A DNA stretch of 64,000 nucleotides from Planctomyces sp. (GTDB lineage: Bacteria > Planctomycetota > Planctomycetia > Planctomycetales > Planctomycetaceae): the NCBI GenBank assembly GCA_005778115.1, contig SXKJ01000145.1:13916-77915 (forward strand). The letters run 5' to 3'. Position numbers and translations under genes: made by a program. The notes under the pieces are model-generated. The model worked only from the letters and a program-made list of their open reading frames with translations. It searched no databases and had not been told where the DNA came from. Below are positions 10,055 to 18,654 of the stretch, piece after piece; the stretch's first letter is position 1; every line of letters begins with the position of its first letter.

Positions 10055-10315
10055 ATGAACCCGGCGAGCTCCAACAATCCAGCGACGGACTTCCTCACGG
10101 CCGACGCCGAGTGGGATGCGGGGGACTTGGCCTGCGGGGAACTGTTGCTGGATTTGCTCCACAAAATGCGAGCGCTACCTCCCGGTTCCGTGCTGAAGCT
10201 GATTGCCACAGATCCGGCCGCTCGGATCGATATCGGGGCTTGGTGCCGGGTCACGAAAAATCCGCTGGTGGCGAAGTCGCCCCCAGTCTTCTTCATTCAA
10301 CGAAAAGAGAACTGA
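10055..10315 (+). CDS. TusA/SirA-like small sulfur-carrier-fold protein (86 aa)
   Basis: Internal ATG at 10055 of ORF 9599..10315. DAGDLACGELLLDLLHKMRALPPGSVLKLIATDPAARIDIGAWCR matches the TusA layout, with CGEL replacing the canonical CPxP. The upstream part of the ORF is antisense to the RND gene. Confidence 0.6.
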   Translation: MNPASSNNPATDFLTADAEWDAGDLACGELLLDLLHKMRALPPGSVLKLIATDPAARIDIGAWCRVTKNPLVAKSPPVFFIQRKEN

Positions 10316-10318
10316 GTC

Positions 10319-10681
10319 ATGGCTGGTCAATTCTGTGTCAGCATCACACACGCCAAGGACAACGCGGACAAAGCGACGGTTGGGTTCGTTATCGCCAACG
10401 CCGCACTCGGAAGCGAGAAGGACACGCTCGTCTTCTTGAGCGTTGAAGCAGTCCGCCTCGCTCAACAGGGCTACGCCGACGACATCCATGAGGAGGGCTT
10501 TGCTCCGCTCAGGGATCTGATGGCCAACTTCGCGGCGAGCGGCGGGAAGATTTATGTCTGCTCCCCTTGCTTCAAACGCCGCAAGCTCGATGACCAGAAA
10601 CTGGTCGCCGGAGCGGTCATCGTCGGCGGAGCGAAGCTGGTCGAGTTTCTCTCGGATGGCGCGCCCTGCGTGTCCTATTAG
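10319..10681 (+). CDS. DsrE/DsrF-like family protein
   Basis: 120 aa, starting 4 nt after the TusA-like stop. The translation has VGFVIANAAL, TLVFLSVEAVRL, GKIYVCSPCFKRR and GGAKLVEFL, a YchN/DsrE-type pattern. Confidence 0.7.
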   Translation: MAGQFCVSITHAKDNADKATVGFVIANAALGSEKDTLVFLSVEAVRLAQQGYADDIHEEGFAPLRDLMANFAASGGKIYVCSPCFKRRKLDDQKLVAGAVIVGGAKLVEFLSDGAPCVSY

Positions 10682-10690
10682 CGGCAAGTT

Positions 10691-10790
10691 CAAAACCGAC
10701 GTAGGTCAGGCTTTCCAGGCGGACTCGATCAACGATTAACGTGATTTGGCCAATTCGAGTCAGGCTGGAAAGCCTGACCTACGGTTTTTG
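10691..10790. repeat. About 36-bp-arm palindrome of the GTAGGTCAGGC-hairpin family
   Basis: CAAAACCGACGTAGGTCAGGCTTTCCAGGCGGACTCGA (10691..10728) pairs with TCGAGTCAGGCTGGAAAGCCTGACCTACGGTTTTTG (10755..10790). It lies between the DsrE-like and MetE-like genes. Confidence 0.85.
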
Positions 10791-10812
10791 AATCAGTTCC
10801 CAGGAACGCCAC

Positions 10813-12342
10813 ATGCAATACGTCGATCGGCACGCATTGGAACCCGACGTCAGCTTTAACGGCGGTGACATGGACTGCGGCAGCGGGTTGCTGTTGCTTA
10901 TTCGTCGCCACATGGACCCGCTGCGAGCCGGCGGATTGCTCGAAATCCGATCGACCGAATCGAGTGTCGAAGAGGATCTGCCAGCGTGGTGCCGCATGAC
11001 CAAGAACGAATTGGTTTCGTGCGTACGATCAAACTCGGAATGGCGTTTTCTTGTCTGCCGAGGGTCTCTCGCGGATCGAGAGCCGACGAGTATTCCAGGT
11101 AGCCGACATCGTGAGAGTTCGGACCGAACTCTCACGGCTTTAGCTACGGCCACGCCTCTGCCCGCACCAGCGCCTCCGATCGCGCCACTGTCGGTCATGG
11201 GGATCGGGAGTTGGCCGCGGCCGCGCTGGATGTTGCAAACGATTCACGAGCACATGGAAGGGCGGCTGACGAATCAGGAGTTTCACGAGATTGGTGACGA
11301 CGCAGTGCGGTTCGCGGTTGATTCGCAGCTTAAAGCCGGTGTCGATGTCGTGACCGATGGCGAACAGCGTCGCGACAGCTACGCCAGTTTCGTTGGCGGA
11401 CTGCTCGATGGCTGCCAACTTATTCCAATCACCGACCTGCTGCCGTATGTGGACGATCCAGTAAAGTTCGAAGCCGAGTTGCGGGCGCTCGATGTACCGG
11501 CGGGAAGCGTGCGGCATCCGGCTGTGTTCGGACCGATCCGTCGCAGCCGACCGCTGGCCGTTCATGAAATTCAGTTCGCCAAAACGTTGACGGATCGACC
11601 CATCAAAGTTGCTCTGCCTGGACCGTACCTGCTGACTCGCACGATGTGGATGGACTGCATCACCGATCGCGTGTACGAGACTCGTGACAAACTCGCCGAC
11701 GATGTGGTGCGTGTGATGCGTGAAGAGTTGCAGGGATTGCTCGCTGCGGGTGCGGCACTCGTGCAGTTTGACGAACCGGTCCTCACCGAAGTGGTCTTTG
11801 GCCAATCGGCCGGCAATCGCAGTTTCATGTGCGGCGCTCTCAGCGAGAAGCTCGGCACGGTGGAGGAACTGGCGTTCGCAGGCGAATTGATCAATCGCGT
11901 CGTCGAGGGAATTCCACGCGATCGGACGGCTCTGCACATCTGCCGTGGCAATTGGACTCGCGACGAATCGGTCGCGTTAGCCGGCAGCTATGAACCGCTC
12001 GTGCCGCTGCTGAGGTCTCTCAAGGTGGGCACGTTTTTTCTGGAGCTGTGTACTCCGCGCGCCGGCGAGATCGACGTGCTGGCCGCGCTTCCGGACGACT
12101 GCCGCATCGGCGTGGGAGTCGTCAATCAAAAGCTTGATGTGATTGAATCGATAGAAGAGATCATGGCCAAGGCCGAGATTGCCATCCGTGTCTTTGGCCC
12201 ACACCGAGTCTTGATGAATCCTGACTGCGGCTTCGCCACGTTCGCCGACAACCCGGTGGCGTCCGCACATGTCGCCACAGAAAAGCTCGCGGCGATGGTG
12301 AGCGCCGCTCGGCAATTGCGAACCCGACACCACGTCGAGTAG
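10813..12342 (+). CDS. Fusion protein: N-terminal TusA-like domain plus C-terminal cobalamin-independent methionine-synthase-like (MetE C-terminal/UROD-fold) Zn-methyltransferase domain
   Basis: N-terminus: GGDMDCGSGLLLLIRRHMDPLRAGGLLEIRSTE...AWCRMTKNELV. C-terminus: GSWPRPRW, VVTDGEQRRDSY, LVQFDEP, and the MetE-type Zn ligand pattern LHICRGN (H-x-C), FLELCTPRAGE and NPDCGFATF. Confidence 0.75.
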   Translation: MQYVDRHALEPDVSFNGGDMDCGSGLLLLIRRHMDPLRAGGLLEIRSTESSVEEDLPAWCRMTKNELVSCVRSNSEWRFLVCRGSLADREPTSIPGSRHRESSDRTLTALATATPLPAPAPPIAPLSVMGIGSWPRPRWMLQTIHEHMEGRLTNQEFHEIGDDAVRFAVDSQLKAGVDVVTDGEQRRDSYASFVGGLLDGCQLIPITDLLPYVDDPVKFEAELRALDVPAGSVRHPAVFGPIRRSRPLAVHEIQFAKTLTDRPIKVALPGPYLLTRTMWMDCITDRVYETRDKLADDVVRVMREELQGLLAAGAALVQFDEPVLTEVVFGQSAGNRSFMCGALSEKLGTVEELAFAGELINRVVEGIPRDRTALHICRGNWTRDESVALAGSYEPLVPLLRSLKVGTFFLELCTPRAGEIDVLAALPDDCRIGVGVVNQKLDVIESIEEIMAKAEIAIRVFGPHRVLMNPDCGFATFADNPVASAHVATEKLAAMVSAARQLRTRHHVE

Positions 12343-12349
12343 CGGAATT

Positions 12350-12399
12350 CCGGTCGCGGAGCGACCGGACTACGTAACTCAGTCGCTCCCTGACTGAGA
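12350..12399. terminator. Two adjacent hairpins between convergent genes (possible bidirectional terminators)
   Basis: The hairpins are CCGGTCGCggaGCGACCGG (12350..12368) and CTCAGTCgctccctGACTGAG (12379..12399). They lie between the stops at 12342 (+) and 12401 (-). No strong T-run is present. Confidence 0.4.
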
Positions 12400-12400
12400 T

Positions 12401-13051
12401 TTACGGACTCGGCGTCTCAATTGGGCGATTCTTGCGATAGCGACTCAGCAATTGGCGGAGTTTCTGAATGGCATCCTGGCTGAGATCGCAATGCAATTTC
12501 GCCTTGGGGCCGTACAACTTCACTTCGCCATCCTCCAAACTGATCACGACGTGAGTGGTCTCTTTGCTGGCTTTCCACTCCAGGCAGTAGTCGGCATGAA
12601 AGCCGCCTCCTTTCTTTCCGTCGGTGTACGGTGCGAACGAAGTCCGCGCCGAGAACATCGCCGTGAATTGCTCGCCATCGGTCCCCTGCATGGCAAGCAA
12701 CTCTTCATAGAACGGATAGCCGTGCCGCTTGATCGTCTTCGCCCGAGAAAGTTCCTGCACCAGCGACTCCGGTTCCCAGAATTCACTGGGAAGACCTTCG
12801 TAAAGCAGCGCCACTCCCGTTTTCGGAATGCCCGCCAGAACCGTTTGCAGACGATTGAAGTTGGTTTCGATCGCCGGAGGTGGCGCTGCGTCAAAGGTGA
12901 CTTTGACCTCCTGCTTGCACCCGACGAGCCACACGACACACAACACGATCAACCCGCGAAGAGACACGACAGTGCTCCAGAACAAATCACCGTAGCCCGC
13001 CCCCTTGTGGGGCGGATGATTCCAACAATCTGCGCGAATCATCCGAGCCAC
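12401..13051 (-). CDS. Hypothetical lipoprotein
   Basis: The ORF has protein-like composition and a signal/lipobox, LIVLCVVWLVGC. I recognised no family. The start is GTG at 13051 or ATG at 13042. Confidence 0.55.
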   Translation of the reverse strand: MARMIRADCWNHPPHKGAGYGDLFWSTVVSLRGLIVLCVVWLVGCKQEVKVTFDAAPPPAIETNFNRLQTVLAGIPKTGVALLYEGLPSEFWEPESLVQELSRAKTIKRHGYPFYEELLAMQGTDGEQFTAMFSARTSFAPYTDGKKGGGFHADYCLEWKASKETTHVVISLEDGEVKLYGPKAKLHCDLSQDAIQKLRQLLSRYRKNRPIETPSP

Positions 13052-13112
13052 ATGAGCCTGAGCTACAAAAAATCAGAAAGGCAATCATTCGCCGCGATCG
13101 AAGCCGGCTCGA

Positions 13113-14066
13113 CTAAAACTCTCCGACGGGCTTTCCGTCGTTCCGCACCGCGAGCTTATGCAGCACGTCGATATCGGTTGTGACATTCAAATTCGCGACA
13201 TGTCCGTCCGCAAAAGCGAAGTGGCAGGCACCGGGATGATGGCTCCCGAAGCGGCAATGCCAGGGACCGCTGAGATCTTCACCATGGGCGGCGATCTTGA
13301 ACCTCGGTTGCCCCACGTTGTCACGTCCGGCAAGCCGGTTGTAGTTGCGCGGGAAGTCGCCGTTGTAGATCGCCCCATCACCCCACGAGGGACCGCTCTG
13401 GCCGAACTTGCTCTCAGGCACATGCTTCTCGCCGACGAGGAAAACGTTGCTGGTTCCATCCTTGAAGTCACGCAGTCCCGTCCGCGACTGAGTTTTCACG
13501 ATTTGGCTGCCGGTCAGTTGCGACTGAGCCTCGCACATGGCCCCGTTGCACAGCGGATTGTCCACGATCGCGTTGACGTGAGCTCCGCCGTTGGCCGCGT
13601 AGTCCCCCAACGCACCTGGGTAAGGTTGGGTATCAGGCAGGCCGGTGCTGGAGATTTCAAACTGAGTGCTCAGCATCGGAGCCCGCCGACTCGGACAATA
13701 GAACATCGGGATCGACGTGGTTCGCGCGACGGGCTTTTGCAGATAGTAGGTGTCGTTGAGATTCCACTGTTTGTAGAGCGGAGTCTGATCAATGTAGGGC
13801 AGGATTTGAACGACCCAACTCGCATGCTGTGGCCCCAGCCGGCTGGATGGCAGAGTTCCCTTCACTTCATGGAAGTTCTGGATCGCCAAGCCGATCTGCT
13901 TGAGGTTGTTCTTACATTGACTGCGGCGTGCCGCCTCACGCGCCTGTTGTACGGCGGGCAACAGCAAGGAGATCAGCACGGCGATGATGGCAATCACCAC
14001 GAGCAATTCGATCAAAGTGAATCCAGATCGCGCGCGGATCGAGTTGCGAGTACGAAGACATTTCAT
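13113..14066 (-). CDS. DUF1559 domain protein with N-terminal prepilin-type cleavage/methylation motif (H-X9-DG protein)
   Basis: Translation has GFTLIELLVVIAIIAVLISLLLPAVQQAREAARRSQCKNNLKQIGLA, and near the C-terminus HPGACHFAFADG, which is H-X9-DG. Confidence 0.9.
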   Translation of the reverse strand: MKCLRTRNSIRARSGFTLIELLVVIAIIAVLISLLLPAVQQAREAARRSQCKNNLKQIGLAIQNFHEVKGTLPSSRLGPQHASWVVQILPYIDQTPLYKQWNLNDTYYLQKPVARTTSIPMFYCPSRRAPMLSTQFEISSTGLPDTQPYPGALGDYAANGGAHVNAIVDNPLCNGAMCEAQSQLTGSQIVKTQSRTGLRDFKDGTSNVFLVGEKHVPESKFGQSGPSWGDGAIYNGDFPRNYNRLAGRDNVGQPRFKIAAHGEDLSGPWHCRFGSHHPGACHFAFADGHVANLNVTTDIDVLHKLAVRNDGKPVGEF

Positions 14067-14449
14067 GATTTGTCCTTCTCTGAAAAATGCTCAGCTGGCA
14101 GTGACCGCTGTTCGCGGCGCACAGAACGCAAAGCCGAGACTCCAAACCGCGCCGGTAACGACCACCAGCGGTCGGCGATAGCCTAGGGAACCATCATGAC
14201 AACGTGGCGATGATGAAACAGCGGAGTCGATAACGACTCAGGGTAACTGGCACGCAGCTAGAGAGAGGCGCATAGTCAGGTGAAGCCCGGCCGCGCATAG
14301 GCAGCCGGGAGATGAGACGAGGCAAATGTGAGAGCAGGTCTCTGCATGAGCACGACATCAACAGGTCGTTGAAAAGTTTTCGCGGGCGGACTCTACAAAG
14401 CAGAGCCAACGCGATCAAACAAACCGCGACAAAAAAAAACTCTGCCTAT

Positions 14450-15310
14450 TCAAGAGTCTCGAAAGTGTCGGCAGGGAGCAGGTGGCAGGCCGCGCCGAAA
14501 CGGCAGCAGCAGAAGCAGCACAAACGACAGTCGCTCGACTTGTGCGTCGCGAAATTCGGGACGGCCGATGATCATGCCGTCGTGACCAGCATTGGGTTGG
14601 GCGTCGTAGGTGCGAAACAGAAGATCCCACCACGACAGGCAAAAGCCGTAGTTGCTGTTGGTCTCGTGATTCTCAATCGAATGATGCACGCGGTGCATGT
14701 CGGGAGTGACGAGAACCAGACGCAGCACTCGGTCGAGCCACTGCGGCAGTCGAGCGTTGCTGTGATTGAACAGAGCCGTCGCATTCAGCAGGATCTCAAA
14801 GATCATCACGGCCAACGCGGACGCACCAAGCAACGCGATGACGGCAGCCTTCCAGACGAACGACAGCAACGTCTCGACCGTGTGAAAGCGAATGCCGGTG
14901 GTCACGTCGATGTCGAGATCGACGTGATGCACCAGATGCAACCGCCAGAGCCACGGGACTCGGTGAAAGACCCAGTGCTGGCCGTAAATCGCGAGGTCGA
15001 GCAACACGACCGAGGCCGCGACCTCAAACCACGCCGGCAACTCGACGGCGTTGAACAATCCCCAGCCACGAGCTTGCACGCTGATCGCCAGCCCAACCGC
15101 TCCGGCCGGCATCAGTAGTCGCCACACAAAGTTGTTCAACAGCCCCAGGCCCAAGTTGCAATACCATCGCAGCGTCTTGTTCTGCGTCAGCGGTCGCCGC
15201 GGCGCGAGTCGTTCCCACATCGTCATCACAAGCAGTGTTCCGAAGAAACACACGAAGCGATTCACAGCGTCTTGAGCCGGATGGTGCACGACGTCAATTC
15301 TTCGGAGCAA
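14450..15310 (-). CDS. Fatty acid hydroxylase / sterol desaturase family membrane protein
   Basis: Histidine boxes HWVFHRV, WRLHLVHH and HRVHHS are present, along with NYGFCLSWWDLLFRTY. The start is uncertain: the track start is TTG, and it overlaps the upstream gene by 17 nt. Confidence 0.8.
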   Translation of the reverse strand: MLRRIDVVHHPAQDAVNRFVCFFGTLLVMTMWERLAPRRPLTQNKTLRWYCNLGLGLLNNFVWRLLMPAGAVGLAISVQARGWGLFNAVELPAWFEVAASVVLLDLAIYGQHWVFHRVPWLWRLHLVHHVDLDIDVTTGIRFHTVETLLSFVWKAAVIALLGASALAVMIFEILLNATALFNHSNARLPQWLDRVLRLVLVTPDMHRVHHSIENHETNSNYGFCLSWWDLLFRTYDAQPNAGHDGMIIGRPEFRDAQVERLSFVLLLLLPFRRGLPPAPCRHFRDS

Positions 15311-15899
15311 TGAAGGGACGGCGACAGGTATCGAGCGGTTGTTTCACCGAGTCGTAGGCGGCCGCGGGCACCGGCGGCAGAGGCGGAGCACTCTTCACGC
15401 ACGCTCCTTCCATGATGGCCCCGAGTATCACCGCGACGATCAGCGTACAGGCTCGTTGCCGTGGCGACTCCTGGCGGCCACACCAAGCGCCTCCAGTGAC
15501 TGCGACGGTCAGTGCGATGAAGACAGCCAAACTTTGTGCTGGAGCCGTGCCGATCCCGAACAACGCTTGCGGACATTCCAGGACGCCGGTCAGCACGAGG
15601 TATTCGTGAAACGCGGCGACTCCCAATCCGGCCCACGTCGGCGGAACGCTCAGCAAACAGATCAAGCCAGGACGTGATCGTTCGAGAAATCGGCCGAGCG
15701 CCAGCACGACGAGCACGGCCATGACAAACGACCGTTGGTAGAAACAAAGCGGGCAGGCTTTGAGACCAAGCCCCATGCTCAAATACACGCTGCCGCCGGT
15801 CCCGACGACAGCAATCACGATCGCAGCGACCAGACACCTCGCCGCACAGTTCGTGGACGAGTCACCGGAACTCTGCTCTAACGATGCTGAGTCGGTCAT
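15294..15899 (-). CDS. DsbB-family (BdbC-like) disulfide bond formation membrane protein
   Basis: About 4 TM segments with the motif ACPLCFYQR in TM1 and a second Cys pair region (ECPQALFG). Confidence 0.65.
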   Translation of the reverse strand: MTDSASLEQSSGDSSTNCAARCLVAAIVIAVVGTGGSVYLSMGLGLKACPLCFYQRSFVMAVLVVLALGRFLERSRPGLICLLSVPPTWAGLGVAAFHEYLVLTGVLECPQALFGIGTAPAQSLAVFIALTVAVTGGAWCGRQESPRQRACTLIVAVILGAIMEGACVKSAPPLPPVPAAAYDSVKQPLDTCRRPFIAPKN

Positions 15900-15993
15900 T
15901 TCGTGTCTCTCCTTAGACGACCAGTAGGACTTTTCACCGTCGCCACATTCGCCAGAACGAGGGGGACCCGCACTCTGACGGTTACAGCTATGT

Positions 15994-17178
15994 TCAATTC
16001 ACGGGCACGTGATGCCAAGCATTAAAGAGGTAGCCCTTGGCATTCCAACGGACGGTCTCCGGCTGAACGTCTCCGCGCGAGTCGATCGCTCGGACGATCA
16101 ATTCCTTCGTCGTTGAGTTCACCGCGATTTCGGCGGTCCACAGTTGCCAGCAGAACTCGGACGCCATTGAAGTCAGCTTGGCCTCCGCCCACGAGCGACC
16201 TTGGTCGGCGGAGACTTCGACTTTGCGGATCGAAACTCCCGGCACGCCCGAAGGCAGTGCATAGCCGGCGACTTCGATTCTGCCTGGTTTCAAAGCGGCT
16301 CCGGCCATCGGCGAACAGATCGCGGAGTTGAGCGGCATCCGATAGATGGGAGCATTCTCGGCGACCTCCAGTAGAGTTCCCTCATCGACCAGTTTGTAGA
16401 CATCGGCCACGAAATGATTCGGCGACGGACGGTCGCTGACGACGATTTTGCTCAGCCACTTCACGCTGCGAGCACCGATGTAACCGGGAACGACCGTCCG
16501 CACGGGAAAACCATGATCGGCCGTCAGCGGCTTGTCGTTCATCATCGTGGCGAGCAACGCCCCCGGCGCGACATCGCGGTCCAGCAACGCTTTCTCCAAC
16601 GGGATTGAACCGCCAAATGCAAACGTCTTGCCACCGTCCTCGACCGAATCGAGTCCTTCAAACCAGACATGCTTGGCCGATTCTCGCACGCCGGCCTTTT
16701 TCAACAGATCCGATAATCGAGCGCCGCGCCACTTCGCGTTGCCGATCGCACCCTCACGCCATTGAACGCCTTTGACCGGCTTGAGGCGACTGTGCTCGGA
16801 ACGGCGATTCCCGGCACAGGTCAGCGTGGCCGTGACCGCGTGTTGCTCAAAGCGGCCGAGTTCCGCCAGCGACAACGCCTGCGGCGTTTCAACCAAGCCC
16901 TCGACCGTCAGGCGAAACGAGTCGGCGTTGATCTCCGGCGTGTTGCCGTGACTGCGGATAAAGAACGACTCGACCGGCGTGATCCACGACCGCACGAGAT
17001 CCGGCAACGGCGGCTCGGCATTCATTGGGGCTTTCGAATGAACGAGCAGGCGACTCTCATCGGCGGCGAGAATCGACGGCAGTTTCCCACCGATCAACAT
17101 TAAACCAATGGCACCCGCCGACCAGTTTTTCAACAGCGTTCGGCGGCTGATCAGCGAAGCAATGGAAGCTTGATTCAC
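15994..17178 (-). CDS. Molybdopterin-dependent oxidoreductase of the sulfite-oxidase family (SorA-like), Tat signal
   Basis: GTG start. Twin-arginine-like SRRTLLKNW is present. FFIRSHG, TLTCAGNRR, HGFPVRTVVPGYIGARSVKWL and a C-terminal Mo-co dimerisation-like beta domain fit the family. Confidence 0.85.
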   Translation of the reverse strand: MNQASIASLISRRTLLKNWSAGAIGLMLIGGKLPSILAADESRLLVHSKAPMNAEPPLPDLVRSWITPVESFFIRSHGNTPEINADSFRLTVEGLVETPQALSLAELGRFEQHAVTATLTCAGNRRSEHSRLKPVKGVQWREGAIGNAKWRGARLSDLLKKAGVRESAKHVWFEGLDSVEDGGKTFAFGGSIPLEKALLDRDVAPGALLATMMNDKPLTADHGFPVRTVVPGYIGARSVKWLSKIVVSDRPSPNHFVADVYKLVDEGTLLEVAENAPIYRMPLNSAICSPMAGAALKPGRIEVAGYALPSGVPGVSIRKVEVSADQGRSWAEAKLTSMASEFCWQLWTAEIAVNSTTKELIVRAIDSRGDVQPETVRWNAKGYLFNAWHHVPVN

Positions 17179-17391
17179 GGCAGCACGTCTCCTGATTCAA
17201 AGCGGGAAAGTCACCCTCAGACGGAAATCGTAATGGCCGGATTCTGGTCTGTCGTGCCTTCTCGAAGCGGCGACGAATGAGCGGCCTTGTCGAGTCCATG
17301 AACTCGTGGACGTGCCAACGTCCGCCGAGTCGATAGAATCTCGCCGCGTTTCTCGTTCGAGGTCATCCCGGTTTCTCGGAACAATCTCCAC

Positions 17392-18582
17392 ATGCCCCCC
17401 CAAGCTGATTCCCCATCACCGGGCACGCCCGAGAATGATGACCTGCCACTTCTCGAGACCGCTCCGGCGATCGTCGACAATGCGGAAGTGCTCGAAGTTT
17501 TGGAATTGGATGCCTCGCCGAGCGACGAGGGGCGGCCGCACCATGACAACACGCTCACGGTCGGAGACTTTCGGCTGCCACGTTGGGGCTATGCGGTCCT
17601 GTGGACGCTGCTGCTATTCGGGTCGCAATTGATTGTCGGATTGATTGTGGGTGTCGTCGTCGCCGTGGTCCTCATCCCGACAGGCCGAATGAGCAACCTT
17701 GATCCGCAAGCTCAAGCGGCCGAATTAGAAGTCATCGGCAATCGCTATATCGTCCCGATCGCGACACTGGCCACGCTGGCAACCTCGGTGGGGGTTGTTG
17801 TCGGAGCGTTTCGGAAACAGGCGGCTCGATGCATAGGGCTGCGCGGGATGACCGTGACACAAACAGGCTTGGTATTGCTCAGTGCTCTGCCGCTGGCTTT
17901 GCTGGCTAGCGAAGTCACGAACTGTGCGTCACATCTTTTTCCACACATCTCGATGGATTTGTTTGGCGTCTTTTCTCAGCAGCCCTGGCCGCTGGTGTTC
18001 GTCGCGGCCTGTTTCTTTCCGGGATTGGGAGAAGAACTCTTTTTTCGCGGGTTTTTGAGCCGCGGACTGGTCGCTCATCACGGTGTGCGGCACGGGACAT
18101 TGATGGCGTCATTCTTGTTCGGAGCCATCCATCTGCATCCCGTCCAGGCGTGCGGAGCGTTCGCGTTGGGAATCGCCTTGCAGTTCGTCTTTCTGGAAAC
18201 AGGATCGTTATGGGGAGCCGTGTTGCTCCACACGGCAAACAACACGCTGGCGTTCGTGGCGATGAAGTACGGACAGCAATTCCCGATTTCTGGTTTCACG
18301 TCTACAGCACCGGCTGGCACGATCGCTCACACACCTTTGCCGCTTGTCATCGCGGCGGCAGCGACGGTCGCCACATTGTTCGTTGCCTTACATCGCACTC
18401 GCACTCGTTGGCTGTTGCCCAACGGCACCGAGTGGTCTCGCGGATTCGTCTCGGCAGAAGGCCCTCGTCCGGAAGTTGCGGTGCGAAAAGTCTCAGACTC
18501 GCTGGACCTCCGCATTGCCGGATTCGTGCTGCTGACCTATGTCGGGTTCTTGGCGGCGCTATGGCGGTTCGTCGAAGTTTGA
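17392..18582 (+). CDS. CPBP family intramembrane glutamic endopeptidase (CAAX protease/Abi)
   Basis: The family motifs GLGEELFFRGFL, FGAIHLHP and LLHTANN are present in a polytopic protein. Confidence 0.8.
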   Translation: MPPQADSPSPGTPENDDLPLLETAPAIVDNAEVLEVLELDASPSDEGRPHHDNTLTVGDFRLPRWGYAVLWTLLLFGSQLIVGLIVGVVVAVVLIPTGRMSNLDPQAQAAELEVIGNRYIVPIATLATLATSVGVVVGAFRKQAARCIGLRGMTVTQTGLVLLSALPLALLASEVTNCASHLFPHISMDLFGVFSQQPWPLVFVAACFFPGLGEELFFRGFLSRGLVAHHGVRHGTLMASFLFGAIHLHPVQACGAFALGIALQFVFLETGSLWGAVLLHTANNTLAFVAMKYGQQFPISGFTSTAPAGTIAHTPLPLVIAAAATVATLFVALHRTRTRWLLPNGTEWSRGFVSAEGPRPEVAVRKVSDSLDLRIAGFVLLTYVGFLAALWRFVEV

Positions 18583-18654
18583 GTCGGTCCCTCTCGAAGA
18601 TGAATTTCCCACGAACACTTTCCCACCTCTCTGGCAACTGTTGAAAGCAAACTC

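Noticed and set aside
9941-10162. A 74-codon N-terminal extension of the RND pump ORF (track start at 10162).
   Set aside because: RND pumps begin with the MNPII/FALRRP-type segment found at the ATG at 9940. The extension overlaps the divergent TusA-like gene and looks non-coding.
13158-14186. A 342-aa + strand ORF.
   Set aside because: It is exactly antisense to the well-supported DUF1559 H-X9-DG gene. Its translation is Arg/Gly/His-rich with no recognisable motif. It is a shadow ORF typical of GC-rich DNA.
14400-14449. A nine-base A-run (a T-run on the minus strand) just downstream of the hydroxylase stop, as an intrinsic terminator.
   Set aside because: The T-run precedes any stem rather than following one, and only weak 4-5-bp pairings are present.
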